From: Macrostomum lignano
Lineage: Eukaryota
NCBI GenBank assembly: GCA_002269645.1
Contig: NIVC01002526.1
Span: forward strand, 19,880 to 83,879
Reading direction: 5' to 3'
Length of the DNA: 64,000 bases
Shown here: piece by piece, positions 36,885 to 49,664 of the stretch
Layout of the letters: each line of letters opens with the position of its first letter
How positions within the stretch are numbered: position 1 is the stretch's first letter
Notes under the pieces: generated by a model
What the model saw: the letters and a program-made list of their open reading frames with translations, nothing else
What the model was told of the DNA's origin: nothing
Database searches by the model: none
Translations under genes and position numbers: made by a program

Positions 36885-37860
36885 GACTATTGATTTCTCA
36901 TGTTTGACTAACCGATTCTCATAGTTGACTATTGATTTCTCATAATTGACTAACCGATTTCTCATAATTGACTAACCGATTTCTCATAATTGACTAACCG
37001 ATTTCTCATAATTGACTAACCGATTCTCATACTTGACTAACCGATTCTCATAGTTGACTATTGATTTCTCATACTGGACTAACCGATTTCTCATATTTGA
37101 CTAACCGATTTCTCATAATTGACTAACCGATTCTCATAGTTGACTATTGATTTTCTCATACTTGACTAACCGATTCTCATAGTTGACTATTGATTTCTCA
37201 TACTTGACTAACCGATTTCTCATAATTGACTAACCGATTTCTCATCTTTGACTAATTGATTTCTCTTATTTGACTAACCGATTTCTCATATTTGACTAAC
37301 CGATTTCTCATAATTGACTAACCGATTTCTCATCTTTGACTAACCGATTCTCATACTTGACTAACCGATTCTCATAGTTGACTATTGATTTCTCATACTG
37401 GACTAACCGATTTCTCATATTTGACTAACCGATTTCTCATAATTGACTAACCGATTCTCATAGTTAACTATTGATTTTCTCATACTTGACTAACCGATTC
37501 TCATAGTTGACTATTGATTTCTCATACTTGACTAACCGATTTCTCTTATTTGACTAACCGATTTCTCATATTTGACTAACCGATTTCTCATATTTGACTA
37601 ACCGATTTCTCATACTTGACTAACCGATTCTCATAGTTGACTATTGATTTCTCATACTTGACTAATTGATTTCTCATACTTGACTAACCGATTTCTCATA
37701 CTTGACTAATTGATTTCTCATACTTGACTAACCGATTCTCATAGTTGACTAACCGATTTCTCATCTTTGACTAATTGATTTCTCATACATGCAGTTTACT
37801 AACCAATTTCTAATATTAGACAAGCCAATTCTCATAGTTGACTAATCGATTTCTCATATG
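36885..37860. repeat. 19-21-bp minisatellite
   Basis: Unit GACTAACCGATTTCTCATAATT / GACTATTGATTTCTCATACTT variants, about 47 copies. Confidence 0.95.
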
Positions 37861-38162
37861 ATTTTTCAGCTGTTATATCAGCTGTTAACATTAAAAGACT
37901 CGGAAACCAGTTGAGTGAAAGAGCCGCGTGTTGGGATAGGTCTCCCAGTAGTATATTTATTTATTTGATTACTTTTGCCAGACAAAACAAGCATGCGGAA
38001 GCGGGCTAAAGCGGTGCATTGAAGAAGAAAAGCAGTTTCTATTATTTTAATTTTAATTGTCGCTTTAAGCAAGTAACTCATTTCACACGTGAATAAATTC
38101 GTTATTTCGAGTAGATAAATATCGAGTCTTAGAGAGGTGACAATGAGAGTTGCTGGATGGTG

Positions 38163-38348
38163 CTAATCCTCATCCGCTGCATCTTGAGTCTCCAACTCCG
38201 CAAGGCACTCCTTGATGGCTCGCATCGCGCCTGTCAGAAATCAATTGGCTAGTTGATCAATAATTCTGACTCAGTAATCTCCATGCACACCTCATAGATG
38301 TACTTAACATTGACAGAGCACCTCAGACAGCTGAGTCAGTAAAGCCTA

Positions 38349-38402
<54 letters not shown>

Positions 38403-41400
38403 CGGATAGATAGACTAGTGTGTGAATAGATGGACTAGTGCGTGAATAGATGGACTAGTGTTCGTGAATAGATGGACTAGTGTGTGAATAGATGGACTAG
38501 TGTTCGTGGATAGATAGACTAGTGTGTGAATAAATGGACTAGTGTGTGAATAGATGGACTAGTGTGCGTGAATAGATAGACTAGTGTGTGAATAGATGGA
38601 CTAGTGTTCGTGAATAGATAGACTAGTGCGTGAATAGATGGACTAGTGTTCGTGAATAGATAGACTAGTGTGTGAATAGATGGACTAGTGTTCGTGAATA
38701 GATGGACTAGTGTTCGTGGATAGATAGACTAGTGTGTGAATAGATGGACTAGTGTTCGTGGATAGATAGACTAGTGTGTGAATAGATGGACTAGTGTTCG
38801 TGGATAGATAGACTAGTGTGTGAATAGATGGACTAGTGCGTGAATAGATAGACTAGTGTGTGAATAAATGGACTAGTGTGTGAATAGATGGACTAGTGTG
38901 CGTGAATAGATAGACTAGTGCGTGAATAGATGGACTAGTGTTCGTGGATAGATAGACTAGTGCGTGAATAGATGGACTAGTGTTCGTGAATAGATAGACT
39001 AGTGTGTGAATAGATAGACTAGTGTGTGAATAGATAGACTAGTGTGTGAATAGATGGACTAGTGTGCGTGGATAGATAGACTAGTGTGTGAATAGATGGA
39101 CTAGTGCGTGAATAGATAGACTAGTGTGTGAAAAAATGGACTAGTGTGTGAATAGATGGACTAGTGTGCGTGAATGGATGGACTAGTGTGCGTGAATGGA
39201 TAGACGAGTGTGCAGTGAGCTCTCAAATACCAGTACGTAGATCTTGGATAATAAGAGGTTCTCACCTGGAGAGTGCCGGAAGTAGGTCACGCAGGCCTGG
39301 GAGACGCTGTTCCGGCTTAACTCATCCGGGATCTCGCTGAGACGATTGAGCCTCAGGTTAAAGAAGTCCCGCTTAGTGTGCATGTAGTCCTCCTCGACGC
39401 GCTGGCTGGTGGAGTGCAGCCTGTTCTGCCCGACCTCCCGGCTGCGGGGTTGGCAGCGTCAGTTTGGTTGAAGAAATCGAAGCATCGTTTCTTAGAAAAT
39501 CTTTGAAAACTGGCTTTAAAGCGAGCCTAAAATATGACCTTCGAGATTTGTCTGCATTAATCGCAAGTTTCCCGTCAAAAGGGGCTCGTATTTAGCAGGG
39601 ACTACTAGACCAAACTATAAGTGATATACAATTGTTGCAGGAGGGCTAGCTTTCAGCACCTTGACTATCTGCACCTTCAGCGACATGGTCCCACTCCCAC
39701 AACCAGCGCTGACGGCAATCTGCCCATTCCGCTGACTCCCGAGCACATGCAAGCCGGCCAACACTGTACGCAGCACGCACTCATGCACGCTCACTCAGGG
39801 TGTACAGCGGCCCTGGCTTGTACACCCTCTGTGCCATGGGGGTTGGCCCTCATGGTGTGAATCGCACAGCAACCCCTAGGCCAATTTTCGTGCACACACA
39901 AGCCCCAATTGAAAGTGGCCGCGCACGGAATCGAACCGGAGTTCGTAGAGCCAGAGTCGGATGCGTTTGCCGCTGAGCTGCTCTGCCCCTTGAGTAGTGA
40001 AGTACAGGCTAGACACGATATCAAAGTAGCCCTTGGCCCCTGAGTTGCCCCTGAGAGACAGTTCAGAGTTGAGACTGACTGCGATGCCAAGCGAAACCGT
40101 CCCTACTGACCATGAGAAGTTCTTCCCGTGAAACGTTATGCGCATAAAAACCGCCCTCACCGAATCATGGTGACGTCCTCGCTGCTGAGATCTGTCAGCA
40201 GACTTCGGTCGTAGTTGAACACAATTCTGGGAAAGCGGGCCTGATGGCTGCTCAGCCGCTCGCCGCTGGCTGTCGACCGGTCGGTGGACAGCGCCGATGA
40301 TCGCTGGGTGCTCAGTGGGCCCAATTGGCGACGACGCCGCTGCCTACTCGCCGCAGTCGACGTCGGCGACATCGGCGACGTCGTATCTACCTGAGTCGGC
40401 AGCGGCGGCGGCGGAGCGACGTCCATTCGGTGGTTCTCGACTGCGTCGCAGACTCGGTTGGCAGTGAGCCTGCTGGCGTAGCCGCATGGCAGCCGGGGTC
40501 GGCTCGACTGCGGGCGATTCACCGATTTGCAATGGTTAAAAATGTCCTGACTATGCTACTCAACAGTTCGACTATTAGTAGCAGTTTAAGTATTTTAAAG
40601 CTGCTGTTTAAAGTAAAAAAGCTTTATCGGGTGGTTAAAGCCTTCGTTTAAACCCTAGAAAAATTAATAGTGTGATCTTTGAACAGTCTTATGAACAAAG
40701 CGTTCATTAATTTGCACACAGATGGCTTTTATATATATCCTAGGCCCTCCGTCTGTCTGTTTTTCGTTGCCCTTACAATTTTTGTTTCTTTTGTTTAAAT
40801 TTACTCTCAATAATACCTGATCGTTTAATAATTCTTTTAATTCGAATATACGGTCAAGCTGTTTTGAAATACACAGAACTGAACTGCATATATGCTAGCA
40901 TAATAATGACAGATCTGCACGTACCACCAAGTGAGGCGGGAAATTTTCGGGACTCTCACAGAGTGGTAGGCATGCCTAGTAGGCTATCTAATATACTACT
41001 GAGCATAGCATATCTGCCACAGTCACTGCCACAGCGGAGCGGAGCGCTCACCGTGGTCAAAGTTCGCATGGCCGTCTGAGTCTCTCGGTAGGGACTGAGA
41101 TCGTTGAAGGTTGCCGGCTTATGAAGCCGTCTGCAATCAATTATTGGGCCATATTTTTCCAACTGCTCAAAATCTGAAAGAAGATGCTTTAGTTAAGTTC
41201 GCCTCACTCTCTGGGCCGAAGTCCCTCGATTTTGTGGCCGAACTTGCTCAACTCTCGCTGCAGCTTGTGCAGCTGCTCCTTCAACTGCTCCGTCTGCAGG
41301 TCCTTCACCTTGAAGTTCGAATTTGAGCTGGGATCGTCGGCAGGGGCTAAAATTGAGAATTTGTGTTCATATTGTCTCTAGGCAGCTGAGAGAGTTGGCT

Positions 41401-44400
41401 CGCTATATTGATTTGCACTTTAAATCTAGTCAGGTAGGAAGCCAGTGCGTGAGCCGGATTTTGACCCGAGAAGAGAAAGTGTGCGCCTTTTTTTCTTATT
41501 GAGCTACGGCTGGGAAACTTTGGCTTCGATGCCTTTCAATGCCTTTCAATGCGGGGTCGTCATGGCAACCCAGGAAGCGAGAAGACACTGCATGCCTGGC
41601 CCAAGCGTGCATGCGACCTTTTCCAATCGCAGGCTCTCGGCCTAGTCAATTGGACGCGAGTGCCACGCGGCCTCTTCGGGATCTACGCTCGTAGTTTGAG
41701 CTGGGATACTCGCGGCCTCTGGTCGTAGAAAGAGAATCAACTCTCCGGTTAGTTGCAGTTGCTTGTTTGAAAACAGTAAAGTATGAAAACTGACTATGCC
41801 TGAAGCCGCATAGAGGCCCTGCAAATCTATACGCTACTGTAGGGTTGGGTGCTCTAATTGAACTGAATGCGTCGCTATGAATTCAAGCTTAAGACCAAAT
41901 GAATGATTGGATGAGCACCTCAATAGTATAGGGTTTCTCCAACACCCATCAGAAACCCCTTTGTTAGGGTTGAACCAGTTAAATCTTAGTGATGCATTCC
42001 TACACAGTTGTCATTCCATTGCGCTAGGTTAAGATCGATTATTAAACACGAAAATTCCAGCAAATTTTTATTAATTTTCGTACAAATAAAACACTCCGTG
42101 TGTGCCTTCAAACCGTCCGAATCCAATCCCAGGATCCTTGCATTTACTTGCAAATTTCAGCAAAGTTAAAAACTCAGAAACTCTGTGCCTTTTACTCACT
42201 ATCACTTTTCTCGACTTCGACAGGCGGGCTGCTTATCGAAGCCGGCGCGGGCGGCTCCCACTGTCTCTGGTCTGCCTCATAAATATAGTCGATTCTCAGC
42301 AGGCTGGATACATCGTCTTCGCGTCGTCGATATCGACGTCTTTGCTGCCGCTCTTCATCGTCCGACTCTTTGCGTCGAACGCCGCGGCGACCTCGGTGGC
42401 GAAGGCGACCTTGCTCATCGGTGAGGTCGGAATCGCCGTAGGAGGATGACGAAGCCGACCTCTCCTGTGAAGAGGAAGAAGCGCTATTGTCTACCGAGCG
42501 CCTTCTACCCCTTCGGCGCCGCGGCAGCTTTCCTTGCTTTTTGTCTGATCTCGTGGCTTCATCATCCTCGGTTGAGCTGTCCGAAGAGTAGCGATTCCGG
42601 TGCGGCCGGAGGATCTCCCGGCGCAGCTGTGTATCGGCCGAGGGTGGCGAGCCTCGCCCTCGTTTCCGGGTTTGTTCAGGCCGATTGTGACGGCCCTCTC
42701 TCTGATGCCTATTTCCCTTGCCTATTGTAGAAGCCTCTGCTCCACGCTGACCCAAGTTATCGCTTCTTCTCTTCTTCATTTCGTCACCTCGAGTTTCATT
42801 TTTCTTTCTTTCCCGTTTCTGCTCCTTTGCGTTGGCTTTGTCGCTTCCCCTGTGTCGAGTGCTGCGACCGTCAGATCGATCGGGCGAGTGTGCTGGTCCT
42901 CCAATTACCGCAGAAGACTGCGTTCGTTTTTCTGCTGGTCTCGGGGCCTGGCTGGTATGTTGGACTTGATCCTTGTTAGAGGATCGCGGTTGCTGCGAGT
43001 TTACGGTGGCTGGCGTCTCATTGACCTGACCTGTCTCCATGTGCGTTTTAGTTCCAGATGTAGAAGAATGGTTCACTTTGGAGGTTCTTCCTGTCGACTT
43101 GGCGCTTGCGGCAGCGCTTACAGGCCTCGAGGTGCTTCGTAGCGAGCCCAGGCTCACGTTTGGTATAATGCGCAGCTCCGATTCACTATCATTCTCACTA
43201 GCTTTGTCTTCCTCTGATTTATCTCTGTCTGCTGCTTTTTCAGTGTCTTCACGCGATTGCACGGTTGCATTGTCTTGACTGTCGTGATTTTTGACTGTAT
43301 TGTCTTTTCGGGGCGATTGATGCGGTTGCTTGTCTGATTTAATCGAGTTAACCTCGTCATTCGAAGTGCCCTTATTTTTTGAAAGGTCGTCTATTAGCTT
43401 ATTCTGATCGAGTGCACCGTTTAGCCCAGCATCCGTGTTCTCTTCTCGTCCATCCTCCCAATGTAAGCCTTCTTCAGCATCGTCTTTGCTTGACGTTTCT
43501 TCTTGTTTAATTGAAGCATCGAATTCCAATGTTTGCTCAGAATTTTTTGAAGCGCCATCTTTCCGGTGCTTGCTCGATTCTGCTTGTCCCTTCTCCGAGT
43601 TTAGGCCTTCTGAAGCTTTGCTTCCACCCTGTTCGATTTGGGAGTTATCTTGATTTGTTTCTTTAGATTGTGGCACCATCTCTGAGCCTGCTGGTTTCGT
43701 ATTGTCGGCAAATTTGTTTTCCCTCTCTGTTTCAGGGTCTGGCTTTGAGTCGTCACTTTTAACTGTCGACTCCGTACCGACTGCATTTTCATGATTCGTG
43801 CTGCCAAATCCATATTGTGACTTCCTCTTATCCCCACTGGTCCACACAGTTCCGCCTTTTTGATTCATGTTGTCTTCACTAACCGACTCAGATGCACCTC
43901 CGCCTTGTGGCTTCGAGTTGTCTTCACTAACCGACTCAGATGCACCTGCATCTTGTGGCTTCGAGTTTTCTTCACTAACCGACTCAGATGCACCTGCATC
44001 TTGTGGCTTCGAGTTGTCTTCACTAACCGACTCAGATGCACCTGCATCTTGTGGCTTCGAGTTGTCTTCACTAACCGACTCAGATGCACCTGCATCTTGT
44101 GGCTTCGAGTTGTCTTCACTAACCGACTCAGATGCACCTGCATCTTGTGGCTTCGAGTTGTCTTCACTAACCGACTCAGATGCACCTGCATCTTGTGGCT
44201 TCGAGTTTTCTTCACTAACCGACTCAGATGCACCTCCACCTTGTGGCTTCGAGTTGTCTTCACTAATCGACTCAGATGCACCTCCGCCTTGTGGCTTCGA
44301 GTTGTCTTCACTAACCGACTCAGATGCACCTGCATCTTGTGGCTTCGAGTTGTCTTCACTAATCGACTCAGATGCACCTGCATCTTGTGGCTTCGAGTTT

Positions 44401-44717
44401 TCTTCACTAACCGACTCAGATGCACCTCCGCCTTGTGGCTTCGAGTTGTCTTCACTAATCGACTCAGATGCAGCTGCCTTTGAATTGTCTTCAGTAATTG
44501 ACTCATATCCAACTTCACCTTGAGGCTTCGCCCTGTTCTCATTATCATCAGACTCCGAAGCAACCGCATCCAGCTTTACGTCGTCGTTACTAGCTGAGTC
44601 ATTTTCGATAGCACCTTCCAAATTGTTTTCAGCTCTGCTAGGCTCGGAATTTAAGATGACAGCACGGTCGCTTCTTTCAGCATCCTGTCGGATGTCGCCG
44701 GGCTCCTCTGTCGGCAT
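38163..44717 (-). CDS. Uncharacterised acidic/Ser-rich protein with 16-aa tandem repeat, Arg-rich segment, coiled coil and helical C-terminal domain; 6 exons, ~1108 aa
   Basis: Giant exon 44717-42200 (841-aa track ORF; donor GATA|GTGAGT), then 41346-41208, 41130-41052, 40507-40161, 39441-39266, 38230-38163. All GT-AG and phase-consistent (3327 nt), ending ...KECLAELETQDAADED*. No family recognised. Confidence 0.72.
38405..39200. repeat. 20-22-bp minisatellite preceded by (CT)n(GT)n
   Basis: Unit GACTAGTGTGTGAATAGATG variants, about 38 copies, in the last intron of the 38163-44717 gene. (CT)n(GT)n at 38348-38402. Confidence 0.96.
39645..39989 (-). mobile_element. tRNA-derived SINE, older copy
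   Basis: Minus-strand head GGGGCAGAGCAGCTCAGCGG...CCGGTTCGATTCCG has A- and B-box-like motifs. The body shares CCCATTCCGC(T/C)GACTCC and GTGTACAGCGGCCCT with the copy at 52645-53004. Confidence 0.72.
43866..44475 (-). repeat. 48-bp coding tandem repeat (ESVSEDNSKPQDAGAS)
   Basis: About 13 in-frame copies inside the giant exon. Unit length is a multiple of 3 and the frame is open on both sides. Confidence 0.93.
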
Positions 44718-46066
44718 AGCCCACTGACGATTGGTCCTAAGAAATGGATCCTCAACTATCTTGCAATTCTTTAAAATAGCTTTGGAACTTTGTGGATAAT
44801 CAAACGTAAAAGTTATTGCAATATTTTGTGAGTGGGTACTGAGTTAAAAACCGCGCTCACATCTTTATGTCCGATTTATGAACACACGTGGAAACACCCA
44901 CCCACTTTTCTCCTCTCACTTCTCTCCGTGTCGTACAGTTCCACGCTTTTCCCCATTGCTGTTTCCATAGAGACAGAAAAGGGACGGCGAGGGACTGTGG
45001 GAAAAAAGCAATGATGGGGTTGGTTGGCAGCCAAAGCATAAGTTGAATTATGCTCACTGAGTGCATGGGGCGAATTGGGAGAGATGGATTAGCCAACAAT
45101 ACATTGAGTAGAGCTTAATACTTATGAGCCCATCAGCTCATGCTGCGCGACCCGCAACTGCCCAAACAATGAGCCTACAGGAAGCTCCACCGTTAGACTC
45201 TACCTGGGCTCAACTGTCAAGCGTCATTTTGCGCACCGATTCTCAAACAAGAGACGCTTTTTGTTGTACGAAGGTTAATTTAGGGAGTAGAGCTTGTTTA
45301 TGCAATACAGAGGGATGGGCAAATCATAAACTAGTAATTTTATCTGCTTCGATCTAGGCAAACTTTATTAGCTATTTTACCTAATTTATGCAGATATTCA
45401 TGCAGGTGCACGAATATGGCTTTCCATCTTGCATCAGACTTTAATTGATTTATTCTTGAACAGCTTGTAACCACATTTAGAATAATGTAAAATATTTCTG
45501 CTACAATACATTTGTCCATCGTGTAAATGAATTTTTAGAAGAGATACGTACTTGCATATGTACCGCGTCACACCCCAAGAACTGTACTTTTAGACCACAG
45601 TCACATCAATATCGATACGAAAAGCATTTTCATAAGCGCTATTGATCTGTTGTCAATCCCAGTCCAGTTTAACATACATGAATGAACTAAGACCAAATGT
45701 TCATGAACTTCGAGCGATGCACTGCTAGCGTACTACGTACATGTAGATACAATGGATGAAGCTGTAGATTGCCTAGAAGCAGTTATTCAGCTACATTGCT
45801 TCATCATCTCCTTGTGGCCATTCCTGGGATCTTGTTCTGGGATGGCCATGGGGTCATGAACCCAACTATAAAGTCTTTAATCTAATTTTTTAAACTATAA
45901 AGTATGTTATAAAAGTAAAACTTTGCCTGCGGTGCCAATTTGCTGCTAAAATAGGTTCTCAATGACTTCGCAACTCGGCAGATTTTGAAATGGTTTCGAA
46001 GCGTTGAAAAATGAGCGTAATAAGCGTACAGCTTGGAACAATGGAGGGTTCATCGGAAGTCAGAGT

Positions 46067-48240
46067 TTAAGGCAATGGCCTTTGACACGAGCGGTATCAT
46101 TGCTTAAAATTTCAAAACTCTTACGTAATCTACGCACTTTATGTACACTATCGTGAATTCTTATCAGTCGATGCTTCTAAGGGGGTTTGAGATAAGGTTA
46201 CCTCCACCTCGCCTATGTCTCACCTTTAAGTCGCGCACCTGAAGTCACCCACCCCTTACTCTGCACCCACCCCTAAATTAATTACAAATATAAATATTTG
46301 CGTGTCTAGAGATCAAATCTCAGATAGAGAAAAGCGGACGGCTGCAGAGATGGAGGCACCGCTCATTAATTGGAAGCATTTGCCCTGCAGTGAGCTGGGC
46401 AACGTGACTAAGGACGAATTGAATTTTGTTTCGGAGGCTTCTTACAATGACAGAAGGGACGACGAGTTCGCTAGATTTCTCGAATTCATTCAAAAGGAGC
46501 CCGAGCCCGATGAGCATCTGCCGCTCCTGCAGGAAGGCGGCGTAGATATCAGCGCCATGGACATCGCCGAGATTGACAGCCTACCAGCAGACAGCAGGAA
46601 GCAGATGATCAGCCATGGACAGCGGTTCAAGACATTCCTCACAGAGGAAAATCTTCAGCGCAATTTACAAACCATTCCGAATTCGGTGCTCAACCAATAC
46701 ATTCGCTACTTCTACTTTAAACTGAAGAAGATTGACGGCGAACCTTACTCGCCCGCATCGCTGGTGTGCATCAGGGCTGGACTGCAGCGCTATTTGCGGA
46801 TGATCGAGAAGCTAACCGTTGACATCATCAATGGAGAAGACTTTTCTTCTGCAAATAGCATGCTGCGTGTGAAGGTTCGAGACTTTCACCAGAGTGGTGG
46901 GAGGACGCAGCAGTTTGAGCCAATCGAGGAGGGGGACATGAGGAAGCTGATGATCTACTTCCAAGGCAGCACAGCTGAAGTTGAGCAGGACAAATTCTTA
47001 TTCTACATCATATACAGCTTTGGCGAGCGAGGCCAGGAGCACCTCAAGTTCTTGAAGGATAGAAGCTCACTTCAATTGCACGTCGACTCTGATGGAAAGC
47101 CGTACTACTGTCTGCCTCCGTTGCCCTCGAAAAATAAGTCAGCAGATCCAGAGAAGGCCAAGAAGCAGCCGGACAACAAGCAGGCCAGAATTTACGACGT
47201 GGAAAAGGTGGAGAAATACCTCAAGCTGCTTCCAGTTACAACGAAGGACAACCATCTGTTTCCTCGTCCTTTGGCCAGCCGCAACGATGGAGGCCCTGTT
47301 TTCTCCTCGAAGCAGAACCGTGGAGAGAATTATCTGAATGGCTTCATGAGAAACTTGAGTACGAAGGCGGGACTTGCGAAGACCTACACGAATCATTGCA
47401 TTCGGTAAGACTGATAAATTAATAATAGTAACTTTAATTATGTTATGATACATGTTATGTTACCAGTTACTCATGAATCCAACTATATAAATTTGCACTC
47501 TAAAACAGGGTCACGCGAATATGCGATCTCGAGGCGGCAGGGCGCAGCATGAGCGATATAATGAGCATTACTGGACAGCTGAGCGAGCGAACGACTAGGA
47601 GGTACCTAGCCAAGCGTCGCGACCGGTCGCTTCAAAAGACGAGTGAGTCTGTTCAGGTGGCGTTGAATCGTCATGATCTAGAGCAAGAAGCTGGGCCACC
47701 CGAACATGCTGATGCTGTTGAGATTGTCGGTGAGACTGCAGTATCGACTGAGGTTAGTGTTAGCACTGAAGCTGCCTATTCTGTTGGTACGAAGTTTGCC
47801 TTCAACAATTGCACCTTTCACGGATGTTCCTTTAATTAGGCATGCAATCTTTACTTCTACAGGAATCAGCAAATTGTACTCGTAGAATTACTGAAAGAAT
47901 AAGAACGACAGTCTAGTTTAATATTTTTTATTTAATGACTTTTAGTACTTTGCTCGACCAGTATGATGTTCATCACCGACAAAAATTTACATGATATACT
48001 GACACCAGCTGTGCTTTTTGTACTGTCGATTTTGCAATTCCTGTGCCAGTTTAATTATTTACATCTTAAAATAAACGTTTTGAATTGACTGATGCAAAAT
48101 ATGCTTTGCAAGATGCTGGATAAAAACTGGCTTGAATTAATTGGTTGCATTGGAATTGGAATTCTAGGCAATGGCCGGCCATTGCCATGGGTCATTGCCA
48201 TGAGGAGAAATTTTGGGCAATGACATTGACTCCCGAGTGT
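46067..48240 (+). mobile_element. Putative Crypton DNA transposon (boundaries approximate)
   Basis: Tyrosine recombinase gene flanked by related GGCAATG(G/A)C inverted/palindromic sites at 46067-46107 and 48167-48236. No RT, gag or other ORF nearby. Confidence 0.55.
46350..47839 (+). CDS. Crypton-type tyrosine recombinase (DUF3504/KCTD1-ZMYM-QRICH1-related), 2 exons, ~461 aa
   Basis: Exon 46350-47404 (ATTCG|GTAAGA) plus 47509-47839 (AAACAG|G). Motifs LNQYIRYFY..LKKIDGEPYSPASL..IRAGLQRYL, FGERGQE (Arg), SKNK (Lys), YTNHCIR (His-x-x-Arg), ITGQLSERTTRRY (Tyr), terminal FNNCTFHGCSFN. The start codon is uncertain (frame open from 46302). Confidence 0.88.
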
Positions 48241-49664
48241 TGTACATGAAAACTCTGTCTTGTCACTGCCCCCTCGCCCAATGAAAATCCAGGAACGCCA
48301 GGAGCGTTATTCAAATTGTTGTTTTTTGTTCTAAGGGTCCCGATGCGGACGGGGCTTCCGACCCATGATCCGAGTATCGAGAGATCAGTCTTCGAGGAGG
48401 CGCGCGCTGTATGTGTCGATGATCGAGTTACACAAGCGGCACGTCAGGGGCGTGCTTCGTCGTTTCCAGGCTTCCATCATATCGGAAATTACTGTGTTGA
48501 GTCCTCGAGACCTAGTGGGTGCCGGACTTTAATTCTACGCGAGTACAAATCATACATTCCTAAAATACAGAAGTAAACAAGCTTAAAATACATATATGTC
48601 AACCAATAATTAATTTAACGATGCTTTATTTTACTATAGTCTGCCTCTAATAATTTTTCACGATATTTTCATTAAATTTTTCGCACTTTAAGCCCTTATA
48701 AGCATTTCGGAAAACTTTCATCTGCTGCTATTAGTTTTGAGTGCAAGTAAGTCATATCCGTGCAAAGTACATATATGAAGAGGGTACATGTATGTTTTAC
48801 GGGTGCAGTTCAGGAGCATGACTCAGCAAGATTTCTTGTGGTGTTTCTTAAAAGATATTAATGTTCAAACCAGTAGTACCAATTCAAGCTTTTTGCGAAG
48901 TTAGCTAGTCTTCGATGATCAAGAAGATCTTGAATGATGAATTCCTAATTACATGTATTGGAATTAGAATTATCAAAGATCGCCTTCTAGCTAGGGAAAT
49001 TTCATGCACTGGCTGATACTTGTTACATGTACGTCCATATACTAAAAATGGTCTGTCTGTGTCTATCTATCGAGTACCGATTACAGTGTATCGAGTTTCA
49101 ATTCAAACTGCGTTTTAACCCTTTTGGATCTTAACTAACAGATTTAGAGGGTAGAGTAACTCAACGTCAAGAGGCAGAAATTGCCTTATTGTTGGAGTTC
49201 GAACGATATCGCCTAAGTCGTTTGTTTTGTCGGGGTGGTCAAAAGCTTTCTGTAATTATTATTATATTAGTAATTTAGTACCAACAGCCTAAAACCAAAG
49301 GTGTGCATTTTAGCATGCCACGGTAACATTTACGATGTTTAGTTCAATAACGATATTTAGTTTAGTTTAGGCGCAAGTTCAATCTCAACTTTTCCTAGAA
49401 AGTGCTTGGTTTGGGCAGTTAATTACTTAGGTCACATATTCAATTTGCACGGAAGGTCTGCATAAAATATAAACTGAACCCTTAAATACTCTAAAGAGCA
49501 TTACCGCGTTAGTCTATCAGTTTCATACATAAGCCTCTGTGTCGAATCAAAACAAAAATAAATTACAAAGCTAAACAATTACAGGATTTTTAAAACTAAA
49601 GTTAGTTGGGTTTATTAATATTAGTTCTACTACTGAGTTTAAAATAGTGTAGTAAATATTTAAA

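Noticed and set aside
39920-39989. tRNA genes (also 52940-53004 and 59545-59615)
   Set aside because: A/B boxes are present but there is no complete cloverleaf or acceptor stem, and each continues into a shared SINE body.
41642-41720. Possible alternative terminal exon (KAASIPAQTTSVDPEEAAWHSRPID*) for the 44717 gene
   Set aside because: In phase and has an AG, but the pyrimidine tract is weak and it would drop the better-supported downstream exons; needs RNA evidence.
42446-44569. Alternative-frame and antisense ORFs over the giant exon; likewise at 11124-12014, 25256-27010 and 14557-15447
   Set aside because: Shadow ORFs of GC-rich or repetitive real exons, with no independent motifs or splice support.
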